From contig CAWCKY010000006.1 in the NCBI GenBank assembly GCA_963796275.1, forward strand, positions 1,728,001 through 1,792,000: DNA of 64,000 nt, given 5' to 3'. This DNA is from an uncultured Acidobacteriota bacterium. Lineage in GTDB: Bacteria > Acidobacteriota > Blastocatellia > RBC074. The notes beneath the pieces were generated by a model that had not been told where the DNA came from, ran no database searches, and saw nothing but the letters and a program-made list of their open reading frames with translations. Below are positions 1 to 9,380 of this stretch, one piece after another; positions within the stretch are counted from its first letter, which is position 1; the number at the start of each line of letters is the position of its first letter. The translations under genes were made by a program, and so were the position numbers.

Positions 1-3000
1 TTCGGTGGCTTCCCGTTGGAGAAGCAGCGATGCCTCCGGGAGGACGGTTTTGATGGCCAGGGCTTCACCTCTCGTTCCAGGCAGCGGCTGGAAAACAATC
101 TGCGCCAGACCTCTTCTCCTCGATTGGCTCGCCCGTGGGCCTCCCGAGTTCCGAGCTCCTCTGGCGGGTGCAGCCGCTACGGTGCCGAATACGGGATCGG
201 CTATGACCAACGGAACGTTCTGGTTCGAAGGCGGTGTTCCCTGCAATCGCATGAGATCGCGGCCGCTGGTCAGATAGCTGATGGAATAGCGTTCGATCAG
301 ATACTGGTTATTTTCGTTCACCAGCGCGGCGAAGGGGATGAGATTGAGCAAACCGTCAGGCGCAATCAGCAGGCGGTCGATCTCGTCTCGCCCCCGTGGC
401 AACAGCGAACGCACCGGCTGCATGATTTTTTCGTCCACATCGCGTGCCAGTCGTTTGGCGTCCACGCGGTTACCGCGCAGTGCCTGGCGCCAGGCGCCTA
501 CTACCCGATCGATCGGAGCGGCTTCGCCGAGGTCAACCCAGCGCGGTTGGCCTTGCGGCGCGAGCAGATAGGCGAGGTAGCGCGGCGGCTGTCTATTCCC
601 GGTCTGCGGCTCTCGTGGAGTGTAGACGACAAACTCGATGAGGGCGCTTGCGGCGGGAAGCGCGGACTGAACGTCGTCGAGCGTGATCGGTTGCGTTTGC
701 GCGCAAAAATTGGCGCTGCGGGCGCTGAGTTTAACCTCCAAATTCTCCACCTCTACTTCGAGAGGTTCGCGCAGAGCCCGATATCTCTCGGGATTAGCTT
801 CATCCGGCTCTTTGAATTTGAGCGCTGCCAGCTGCGAGCGGGCCGCGATGAGCTTATCGAAGAGCTCACGATCCTGTTGTGTTGCGTGACGGCGGAAGGT
901 GGCGATCGTATCGGTCATCGCGTCGAGCCCTCGCCCTTTACGCCGCAACAAGGTGGTGAAGGCGAGCTTGAGCGCCTGCGGATCATTGGGTGCAGCGAGG
1001 CTGTGAAGCCAGAGCGTGAAGTCCGTTCGTTTCGCGAAGAGAGAGATATAAGCGAGTTTCTGGCGTTCTGATCCGAGGGATAGGTTGAGCGCGAGGTTGC
1101 GTTCGTCAACGGCGTTGGCCCGCGATAGATACATAACAGCCTGGGGGATATCATTTTTCAATGCGTAAAGCGCGGCAAGGCCGTTGAGTGCAACCGCGAC
1201 ATCGGGATGATCCGGCCCCTGCGATTTCTCCCAGATGGCCAGCGCGCGCAGGTACAGCGGTTCCGATTTTTCGTATTCGCCCCTTCTGCGGTAGAGGTCG
1301 GCGAGATTGTTGAGAGAATCAGCGACAGCAGGGTGTCCCGGCCCCAGAGATTTCTCTCTCATGGTCAGCGCGCGTCTTTGGAGAGGCTCAGCCTGTGCGT
1401 AATCGCCTGTATCGCTATAAATGCTGGCAAGATTGGCAAGATACCGGGCGGTTTCAGGATGTTCCATCCCCAGCGCTTTCTCCTGGATTGCCAGTGCGCG
1501 TCGAAGATGGCGCTCTGCCTTTGTGAATTCGCCTATTTCGATGTAAAGGACACCAATGTTGTTGAGAGAACGGCCGACATCAGTGTGTTCCGGCCCCAGT
1601 GCTTTTTCCTGAATTGTCAGCGCCCGTTGATATAACGATTCAGCCTGTACGTAGTCGCCTCTTCGTTTGTAAAGGATCGCGAGATTGTTATAAATGCCGG
1701 CTGTCGTAGAGTGGTCCGGCCCGAGTATTTTCTCCCAGATGTTCAGAGAGCGACGGAAGAACATCTCAGCCTTTGCATAGTCGCCCGTACTGCTATAGAG
1801 ATTGGCCAGATTGTTGAGAGATATGGAGACATCGGAGTGTTCCGGTCCAAGCGTCTTCTCGCGGGTGCGCAGCGCGCGCTGATAGATCGGTTCGGCTCGT
1901 GCGTAATCGCCCGTCTCGTAGTAAAGGTCGGCTATGTTGGTAAGGGAAGTCCCAAGCGAATGGTGTTCCGGTCCCAGCGCTTTCTCCTGTATGGCGACCG
2001 CGCGTAAAAGGAGAGGCTCAGCTTTACCGTATTCACCCCTTATTTTATAGATGACCGCGATGTTAGTGAGAGACCTGGCTACAACTGGATGTTCGGGCCC
2101 GAACGCCTTCTCACGGATGATCAGCGCGCGTTGATATAATTGTTCTGCCCTCGTTTGCTCGTCTCGATTAATATAGATATTGGCGAGATTGCCGAGGGAG
2201 GTTGCGACATCCGGATGCTCCGGCCCCAGCACTTTCTCCCGAATGGCAAGCGAGCGCACATAGAGCGGCTCGGCCTTCGTATCGTCGCCTCGGTCTCGAT
2301 AGAGGTTGGCAAGATTGTTGAGAGAAGTGGCGATATCGGTGTGTTCCGGTCCCAGCGCTTTCTCCTGTATGTTCAGCGCACGTTGAAACAAAGGCTCGGC
2401 CTTCGCGTAGTCGCCCATTTCGAGGTAGAAGTTGGCAAGATTGATGAAGAAATTGGCAACATCGGTGTGCTCCGGCCCCAGCGCTTTCTCCCTGATCGCC
2501 AGCGCTCTTAGATAAATGGGCTCAGCCTTCGCGTATTCGCCTCTCTCCTTATAGATGATTGCGAGGTTGTTGAGAGTGTTTGCGACATCAGGATGTTCCG
2601 GCCCAAGCTCCTTCTCCCTGATGATCAGTGCGCGCTGACCGAGCTGCTCGCCCTTGGTGTAATCGCCGCTTATCGAATAGAGGATGGCGAGATTGTTGAG
2701 ATCGGCAGCGACGTCGGGGTGATTCGCCCCAAGCACCTGTTCGTGAATCTTCAGCATGCGTTCAACCAAATTTCGCGCTTCACCATACTTTCCTGCACGT
2801 CCCAGTTTTTGGGACTCTGAATACATCTTTCGCGCCTCATACAAAGCATTGTCTCTCTCTGTTGCGGCGCGCAACTCCACGATTCGTATTTCGTACTGTC
2901 CAGCCGTCGCATTCTTATACTTCACCAGAATATCGATGCCATAGGTTCCCGCCGCTCCCGCCACCCAGGACACGCTCTCTTCCCCTCCCGCCCTGAGATC

Positions 3001-3315
3001 GGAGTCGAACTCTATGTACTGCCTGCCATCAGGCTCGAGCAGCCTCACCGCAACATCGATCCCTACTTGCTTGACGACTGCCTTAACAAATTGACCGGCG
3101 CTCAGTTCTATTTGATAACTATGTTGTTGCCCACCCGCCAGCACGCTCTTGATCGGCCGATCAGGTTCGATAACATCTCTTCCGGTTCGCGCAGCACCCG
3201 ATTCCTGAGGTGATTGCCGGATCGGTTCGAGCGAAAAAGCCGCAGTCACGGGCCTTTCTACTATCAGACCGAAGAATATGAGACTAACAATGATTCGAAA
3301 TACGATTAATTCCAC
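1..3315 (-). CDS. TPR-CHAT (caspase-like) protein 1; 3' end runs off the window
   Basis: Not in the ORF track because no stop lies in the window. My translation from GTG 3315 gives VELIVFRIIVSLIFFGLIV...VIEPDRPIKSVLAGGQQHSY. It has 13 LGPEHxD-type repeats at 126-bp spacing (~1206-2735) and reads EASLLLQREATE at the window edge, in the same frame as the start. Paralogous to 3343-7140. Confidence 0.88.
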   Translation of the reverse strand, partial: MELIVFRIIVSLIFFGLIVERPVTAAFSLEPIRQSPQESGAARTGRDVIEPDRPIKSVLAGGQQHSYQIELSAGQFVKAVVKQVGIDVAVRLLEPDGRQYIEFDSDLRAGGEESVSWVAGAAGTYGIDILVKYKNATAGQYEIRIVELRAATERDNALYEARKMYSESQKLGRAGKYGEARNLVERMLKIHEQVLGANHPDVAADLNNLAILYSISGDYTKGEQLGQRALIIREKELGPEHPDVANTLNNLAIIYKERGEYAKAEPIYLRALAIREKALGPEHTDVANFFINLANFYLEMGDYAKAEPLFQRALNIQEKALGPEHTDIATSLNNLANLYRDRGDDTKAEPLYVRSLAIREKVLGPEHPDVATSLGNLANIYINRDEQTRAEQLYQRALIIREKAFGPEHPVVARSLTNIAVIYKIRGEYGKAEPLLLRAVAIQEKALGPEHHSLGTSLTNIADLYYETGDYARAEPIYQRALRTREKTLGPEHSDVSISLNNLANLYSSTGDYAKAEMFFRRSLNIWEKILGPDHSTTAGIYNNLAILYKRRGDYVQAESLYQRALTIQEKALGPEHTDVGRSLNNIGVLYIEIGEFTKAERHLRRALAIQEKALGMEHPETARYLANLASIYSDTGDYAQAEPLQRRALTMREKSLGPGHPAVADSLNNLADLYRRRGEYEKSEPLYLRALAIWEKSQGPDHPDVAVALNGLAALYALKNDIPQAVMYLSRANAVDERNLALNLSLGSERQKLAYISLFAKRTDFTLWLHSLAAPNDPQALKLAFTTLLRRKGRGLDAMTDTIATFRRHATQQDRELFDKLIAARSQLAALKFKEPDEANPERYRALREPLEVEVENLEVKLSARSANFCAQTQPITLDDVQSALPAASALIEFVVYTPREPQTGNRQPPRYLAYLLAPQGQPRWVDLGEAAPIDRVVGAWRQALRGNRVDAKRLARDVDEKIMQPVRSLLPRGRDEIDRLLIAPDGLLNLIPFAALVNENNQYLIERYSISYLTSGRDLMRLQGTPPSNQNVPLVIADPVFGTVAAAPARGARNSGGPRASQSRRRGLAQIVFQPLPGTRGEALAIKTVLPEASLLLQREATE

Positions 3316-3342
3316 ACTATTGCCTTTTCATTTTTCCAAATA

Positions 3343-6300
3343 TTATCGCCGGCCGCCCAGGTTGGCCCATTCTCCCGACTGAATGAAAGCCGCCCAGTAG
3401 AACGGATGCAGCCGGTCTTTGTTCTTAAGCATTCGCAACTGCACCTGCCTCAGCCCTTCACTGCGCCCCTCGCCTCGCTGCAGCGCCCGGTAATAATCGA
3501 TCATCAATTCCTTCGCGCCCTGGTCGCTCACCGGCCAGAGGCTAATCACCTGACTCTCCGAACCGGCCAGAACCAGCGCGCGGCGCAGCCCCTGGACGCC
3601 CTCTCCGTTCTTGACCTCTCCCAGACCGGTATCGCAGGCCGAGAGCACCACCAGCTTGGTTCCATAAAGATCCAAGCCCGCCACCTCGAGCGCGGTCAAT
3701 ACACCGTCATCGTCACCATTCTTGCCACGATTGGCTCCCGATAGCGCCAGGCCCGAACGCAGCAATGGTTCCCCGAAATTCTCTGCCCACTTGCTCAACC
3801 GCAGGTTGGAGATCAGCAACGGGTCCAGATCGCCGGACGTCTCGGCCCTTGGGGTGGCCGTTGGGGTGGCCGTTGGGGTGGCCGTTGGGGTCTGCTGATC
3901 GCCGAGGAAAAATCCGTGGGTCGCGATGTGTAGAATGCGCGGCGCCCTCGTTCGCTTGATTGCCGCTTCGGTGGCTTGTTGCTGGAGAAGAAGCGAAGCA
4001 TCAGGCAGAATGTTTTTGATCGCCAGCGCTTCAGCCTTCGTACCCGGAAGCGGCCGGAAAAAAATCTGCCTTGTATGATCCTTCTGCTCTGTTTGATCGT
4101 CTTGACTCGGCTTCACAGCCCGCAAATCGATGCGAGAGTTTACCGTCCGCTTAGCTATTGTTTGGGTGGTAACTGTCTCCTTGCCGAAGATCGGATCGGC
4201 CACTACAAGCGGAGGGTCCTGACTCTCCGGTAAGTTTTGCAGCCGCAGCAGGTCGCGCCCGCTCGTCAGGTAGCTGATAGAGAAGCGCTCGATCAAATAC
4301 CTGTTCCGTTCATCCACCATCGCGGCAAACGGGATGAGGTTGAGCGGACCGTCCGGCGCAATCAGTAGATGGCGTATATTGCCGATTTTCGCCTGTCCCG
4401 ATTGTTTGCCCGGTTGCCCCGGTTGCCCCGGGTGCAGTGAAGATCGGACGGGCCGCATGATCTTTTCATCGACAACCCGTGCAAGTCGTTTCACATCGAC
4501 GCGGTTTCCGCGCAGAGAATGGCGCCAGGCATCTACAGCCTGATCAATCGGTGCAGCTTCGCCTAGTTCGACCCATCGAGGCTGGCCTTGCTGCGTGAGC
4601 AGATAGGCGAGGTAGCGCGCGGGCTGGCGCTCGCCGGTTCGCGGGTCTTGCGGATGGTAGACCACGAACTCGACGAGCGCGCCTCCCGCGGGAATCGCGG
4701 CCTGGACCGCAGCAAGTGTGACCGGTTGGGCTTGCGCTCGAAATCCGGCGCTCCGGACGCTGAGTTTACCTTCGAGCAGTTCGATCTGTTCCTCGAGCGG
4801 TTTGAGTTGCGTCAGTATCGTTTCATGGTTAGCTCCATCCGGCTTCTTGATTTTGAGCGCGGCCAACTGTGAGCGGGCATCGGTGAGTTTATCGAAGAGC
4901 TCCGTATCATCCGGCGTTGCATGCCGGCGAAAGGTGGCGATCGTATCTGTCATCGTTTCCAGCCCACGCGCTTTCCGGCGAAGCAGGGTAGTGAATGCCA
5001 GATTGAGCGCATGCGGATCGTTCGGTGCAGCCTGGCTCTGGACCCAGAGTGTGAAATCGGTCCGTTCAGAGAAGAGAGATAGATAAATCAGTTTCTGGCG
5101 TTCGGAACCGGCGTCGAGATTGAGCACGAAGTTGCGCTCGTCGACTGAGTTGCCGCGCGATAATATCTTAATGCCCTCGGCGGTATCCCCATTTTCAACC
5201 GAAAGTCGGGCCAGATCATAAAGAGCGGTACCGATATATGGGTGTTCCGGCCCGAGCGTTTTCTCCCAGATAGTCAGCGCGCGGCGATAGCCTGTCTCCG
5301 CTTTTGCAAATTTGCCGGTCGTTTTATAGAGACTAGCAAGGTTGAACAGAGAGTTAGCGACATCCGGATGTTCCGCGCCCAGCATCTTCTCCCTGATGGT
5401 CAGCGCGCGCCCATGTAGCTGCTCTGCCCGCGCATAGTCGCCGCGCGCCTTGTAGAGGGTTGCGAGGTTTGTGAGAGAATCGGCAACATCCGGATGTTCC
5501 AGGCCCAGCTTCTTCTCCCTGATGCTCAGCGCGCGCTCATATAACGGTTCTGCCTTCGCGTAGTCGTCTCGCGCCTTGTGCAGGATCGCGAGATTGGTGA
5601 GTGCATCAGCGACATCGGGATGCTCCAGGCCATACACTTTTTCCGTGATGGCAAGTGCGCGTTGATATAACGGTTCCGCATTCGCGTAGTCCCCTTTAAT
5701 GTAGTTGAGAGCCGCTAGATTACTGAGAGCTGTAGCAACATAGTGATGTTCCAGCCCGAGCGCTTTCTCCCATATTTTTAGTGCGCGCTGAGAGAGCGGC
5801 TCTGCCTTTGTATAGTCCCCTTTCTCTCGGTAGAAGCTGGCAAGGTTGTTAAGAGAAACTGCGACATCGGAGTGTTCCGGCCCGAGTAATTTCTCTCTGA
5901 TTGCAAGCGCACGTTGAAGGAGCGGCTCGGCTTTGGCGTAGTTGCCCTTATCACAATAGTTGTTGGCGAGATTGTTGAGACAGAGTGCGACGTAAGGGTG
6001 CACCGGCCCCAAGGCCTTCTCGGTGATAATTAGCGAGCGCTGATAGAATGGCTCAGCCAGTGCATACTCGCCCCCCTTCGAGTAGAGGGTGGCGAGATTG
6101 TAAAGTATGGCAGCAACTGTTAGGTGTTCAGGCCCGAGCGCTTTCTCCCTGATAGTCAGAGCGCGCTTGAATATCGGTTCGGCTTTGGCATAGTCCCCGT
6201 TAACCCAATGGATGGTTCCAATGTTATTGAGAGAAGTGGCGACATTTGGGTGTTCTGGCCCGAGCGCCTTCTCCCAGATGGATATTGAGCGTTGCTGGAG

Positions 6301-7140
6301 CGTTTCTGCTTTTGTGTAGTCGCCTTTTCGAAAGTAAAGTATCGCGAAACTATTGAGGGAATCGGCAACATTCGGATGTTCCGGCCCGAAAGCCTTCTCC
6401 CTGATAGCCAAAGCCCGCAAAAATGTCGATTCAGCCTTACTATATTCGCCCCTATCGCTGTAGTGGATGCCGAGATTGTTGAGAATTTCGCCGACCTCGG
6501 GATGTTCAGGACCCAGGACCTTTTCACGCAGCGCCAGTACGCGTTCACCCAATGGATGCGCTTCGTCATATTTTCCTGCGCGATTCAGCTTGTAGAACTC
6601 TAAATTCAGCTTTCGAGCTTCATGCAAAGTGCGGTCATTCTCATTAGCGACGCGCAGTTCAACTACTCGAATCTCGTATAATCCCGCAGCTCCATTCTTA
6701 TATTTCGCACTTACCTTAATCCGATAGGTGCCCGCCTCCGTCGCCACAAAAGTCATGGTCTCTGGACCATGCGTCCTGAATTCCGAGTCGATCTCGATGA
6801 TTTGCTTCTCATCGGGTCCAAATAATTGCACCATCGCATCGATCCCATCCTGCTCGACGAACACTTTCACGAACTGATCGGCGTTCAGCCTGATCCGGTA
6901 GGAATGCTCCTGCCCACCTGCCAGATCGCGCTTAATAGGCCGCCCCGGTTCGATCACCTCCTCGTCCGTGCCAACCGCTTCAGCTGATTGCGGTATCGTA
7001 CCGTGCGGGAAAACCTGCGGCGAGGTGGTAACAAGCAATAAACCGGAGAATAGAAAGCTGAACATCGCATTGGCTCCGGGGCCAACGACGACCCGCCGTT
7101 TCCGACCTAGGGCTGAGCGATCTGTACTCTGATGCGTCAT
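3343..7140 (-). CDS. TPR-CHAT protein 2 (N-terminal hydrophobic segment, PPC-like domain, ~11 42-aa TPRs, CHAT domain)
   Basis: 1265 aa with kinesin-light-chain-type LGPEHP repeats. CHAT motifs LHIATHG (His) and VVLSACDTG (Cys) are present, plus C-terminal HPFYWAAF. Confidence 0.93.
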   Translation of the reverse strand: MTHQSTDRSALGRKRRVVVGPGANAMFSFLFSGLLLVTTSPQVFPHGTIPQSAEAVGTDEEVIEPGRPIKRDLAGGQEHSYRIRLNADQFVKVFVEQDGIDAMVQLFGPDEKQIIEIDSEFRTHGPETMTFVATEAGTYRIKVSAKYKNGAAGLYEIRVVELRVANENDRTLHEARKLNLEFYKLNRAGKYDEAHPLGERVLALREKVLGPEHPEVGEILNNLGIHYSDRGEYSKAESTFLRALAIREKAFGPEHPNVADSLNSFAILYFRKGDYTKAETLQQRSISIWEKALGPEHPNVATSLNNIGTIHWVNGDYAKAEPIFKRALTIREKALGPEHLTVAAILYNLATLYSKGGEYALAEPFYQRSLIITEKALGPVHPYVALCLNNLANNYCDKGNYAKAEPLLQRALAIREKLLGPEHSDVAVSLNNLASFYREKGDYTKAEPLSQRALKIWEKALGLEHHYVATALSNLAALNYIKGDYANAEPLYQRALAITEKVYGLEHPDVADALTNLAILHKARDDYAKAEPLYERALSIREKKLGLEHPDVADSLTNLATLYKARGDYARAEQLHGRALTIREKMLGAEHPDVANSLFNLASLYKTTGKFAKAETGYRRALTIWEKTLGPEHPYIGTALYDLARLSVENGDTAEGIKILSRGNSVDERNFVLNLDAGSERQKLIYLSLFSERTDFTLWVQSQAAPNDPHALNLAFTTLLRRKARGLETMTDTIATFRRHATPDDTELFDKLTDARSQLAALKIKKPDGANHETILTQLKPLEEQIELLEGKLSVRSAGFRAQAQPVTLAAVQAAIPAGGALVEFVVYHPQDPRTGERQPARYLAYLLTQQGQPRWVELGEAAPIDQAVDAWRHSLRGNRVDVKRLARVVDEKIMRPVRSSLHPGQPGQPGKQSGQAKIGNIRHLLIAPDGPLNLIPFAAMVDERNRYLIERFSISYLTSGRDLLRLQNLPESQDPPLVVADPIFGKETVTTQTIAKRTVNSRIDLRAVKPSQDDQTEQKDHTRQIFFRPLPGTKAEALAIKNILPDASLLLQQQATEAAIKRTRAPRILHIATHGFFLGDQQTPTATPTATPTATPRAETSGDLDPLLISNLRLSKWAENFGEPLLRSGLALSGANRGKNGDDDGVLTALEVAGLDLYGTKLVVLSACDTGLGEVKNGEGVQGLRRALVLAGSESQVISLWPVSDQGAKELMIDYYRALQRGEGRSEGLRQVQLRMLKNKDRLHPFYWAAFIQSGEWANLGGRR
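3850..3890 (-). repeat. 12-bp tandem repeat encoding PTAT x3 in a CHAT loop
   Basis: ggggtggccgtt repeated three times; protein reads TPTATPTATPTATP. Confidence 0.85.
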
Positions 7141-7235
7141 GAGTTAACCTCAACTATTTTTAAGCTGAAAGGGCACGAGGAAATAGCCAGGATTGAAGCG
7201 AAGCGCAGCCGCCGGCAGGTATCAGTAAATCGCCG

Positions 7236-7345
7236 AGCCCTGAAATAGGTTTTAGAGCGGAATATAATCCCGCCTTTCAAGGCTCGTTGAATATTGGCGA
7301 TTTCGACCAGAGGCCGCGCTTCACTCCACCCCTGGCTGTTAACTT
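7236..7345. repeat. Degenerate REP-like palindromic element
   Basis: Intergenic inverted pairs gagccctgaaa...tttcaaggctc and ccagagg...cccctgg. Confidence 0.35.
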
Positions 7346-7416
7346 GCGCCCCCGTTGCGGCATCAAGTTGATCTGACCAGCTTTTAAATCGCTTTATGCA
7401 TTAACGATTTCCAGAA

Positions 7417-9267
7417 CTAACGCCGGCCATCCAGATTCGCCCACTCCCCCGACTGGATGAACGCTGCCCAGTAGAACGGATGTCGCCGCTGCTTGCTCCG
7501 CAGCATTCGCAACTGCACCTGCCTGAGCCCCTCGCTGCGTCCCTCTCCTCGCTGCAGCGCCCGGTAATAATCGATCATCAATTCTTTCGCACCTTCGTCG
7601 GTCACCGGCCAGAGGCTCATCACCTGGCTCTCGGATCCGGCCAGGACCAGCGCGCGCCTCAACCCCTGCACACCCTCGCCATTCTTGATGTCTCCCACTC
7701 CCGTATCGCAGGCCGAAAGAACCACCAGCCTGGTGCCCAACAAATCCAAACCGGCCACCTCCAGCGCGGTCAACATGCCATCATCGTTTCCCTTCATGTT
7801 GCGATTGGCTCCCGACAACGCCAGGCCAGATCGCAGCAGGGGTTCTTCGATGTGCGCGGCCCGTCTGCTCAGCCGCAAATCGGACCCGAGCGTGAAATTA
7901 TCATCAGAAATGTCGTTCGTCTCTGCCGGTTGGGCTGGTTGATCGTTGAAGAAGAACCCGTGAGTGGCGATGTGTAAGATGCGCGGCGCCCGTGCTCGTT
8001 TGAGCACAGCTTCGGTAGCCTCCTGTTGCAGGAAAACCGCAGCTTCCGGGATGACTGCCTTAATCGCCAGGGCTTCGGCCTTCGTCCCCGGCAGCGGCAG
8101 GAAAACGGGCTGCTCCAATTGCCCGGGCTGCCCCATTTGCCCCGGTTGTCCTGTCCGATGGATTGCGGGCGATATTCCAGACCTCTGAGCAGCTCGCTCA
8201 GAATCGGATGTCGCCGGACCGAAGAGAGGATCGGCCACAACCAGCGGAGCGTTCTGGCTCGGCGATGAGTCTTGCAGCCGCATCAGATCGCGCCCGCTCG
8301 TCAGGTAGCTGATAGTGTAGCGCTCGATCAGGTATTGATTCTGTTCGTCTACCAGCGCGGCAAGATGTTCCGGCCCGATAGCTTTCTCTTTAATGGCTAG
8401 CGCCCGGATAGACAGCGGTTCGGCGCTGGCGTAATCGCCTTTATTGAAGGAGATGTTCGCCAATAAGTTGAGAGAGGCAGCGACATCGGTATGTTCCGGC
8501 CCCAGCGTTTTCTCCTGGATGGCCAGGGCGCGACTCGACAGCGGCTCTATCTTAGGGTAGTCGCCCTTGTAATAATAGAAGACGGCCAGATCATGCAAAG
8601 CTGAGGCGAGATCTCGATCGAGCGGACCTGAGATTCTGTTTCGCGTCTCGATCACGCGCTCAAATAACGGGAGCGCTTCAGCATACTTGCCTGCGTCACG
8701 CAATCGGCGAGCCGCTTCGTTCAGCCTATGGGCATCCTGCAGGGCTCGATCGGTTTCTGTTGCGCTGCGCAGCTCATCGATCCGAATCTCATAATTCCCC
8801 GCGGGCGCCCAATTCTGTTCGGGTCGTATGATTAATCGGTATGTGCCCGTCGCTTCTGCCACCAGCGAGACCGGCTCATGCCCGCTGAGACTGCGTTCTG
8901 AGTCGAACTCCAATATCAGTTTCCCGTTCGGCCCGAACACCTGCACCGCCACATCGACACCATCGTTGTCGATGACTGTCTTCAGAAATTGATCAGCGGC
9001 TAAATTGATCTGGTAGCTATGCTGCTGCCCCCCCGCCAGTTGGCGATTAATCGGCCGTCCCGGTTCGATGACATCATTATCTGTCTGGACGCTGCTCGCC
9101 TCTCGTGTCGATTGGCGGATCGAACTGAGTGTATATGCCTCGGGCAGGGATGTAACCAATAACAGACTGGAGGGCAGAAGTATGATCATTGCCCTTGTTA
9201 TACTGCGATAAACGACCCGCCCTCTCCGGCCGTTTAAAGCCGAGTGACGTACACTCTGATAAAACAT
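7417..9267 (-). CDS. TPR-CHAT protein 3, internally deleted in frame
   Basis: 616 aa. After ~3 TPRs it jumps EKAIGPEHL|AALVDEQNQYLIERY at ~8361. HIATHG and LSAC are retained. Confidence 0.8.
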   Translation of the reverse strand: MFYQSVRHSALNGRRGRVVYRSITRAMIILLPSSLLLVTSLPEAYTLSSIRQSTREASSVQTDNDVIEPGRPINRQLAGGQQHSYQINLAADQFLKTVIDNDGVDVAVQVFGPNGKLILEFDSERSLSGHEPVSLVAEATGTYRLIIRPEQNWAPAGNYEIRIDELRSATETDRALQDAHRLNEAARRLRDAGKYAEALPLFERVIETRNRISGPLDRDLASALHDLAVFYYYKGDYPKIEPLSSRALAIQEKTLGPEHTDVAASLNLLANISFNKGDYASAEPLSIRALAIKEKAIGPEHLAALVDEQNQYLIERYTISYLTSGRDLMRLQDSSPSQNAPLVVADPLFGPATSDSERAAQRSGISPAIHRTGQPGQMGQPGQLEQPVFLPLPGTKAEALAIKAVIPEAAVFLQQEATEAVLKRARAPRILHIATHGFFFNDQPAQPAETNDISDDNFTLGSDLRLSRRAAHIEEPLLRSGLALSGANRNMKGNDDGMLTALEVAGLDLLGTRLVVLSACDTGVGDIKNGEGVQGLRRALVLAGSESQVMSLWPVTDEGAKELMIDYYRALQRGEGRSEGLRQVQLRMLRSKQRRHPFYWAAFIQSGEWANLDGRR

Positions 9268-9380
9268 CCGATTTCACCTCAAGTAATAACGCGAAATCAA
9301 AAGGCAAAAAGGACTATCAGTGATTGTTCATCGCCGCGTTAACGGCGTGAATTCATGATGTTGCCTTTTGATTTTTCCAC

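Noticed and set aside
1200-6520. 126-bp periodic repeats as a CRISPR array
   Set aside because: They are degenerate, in-frame protein repeats with no constant repeat/unique spacer pattern and no cas genes in the window.
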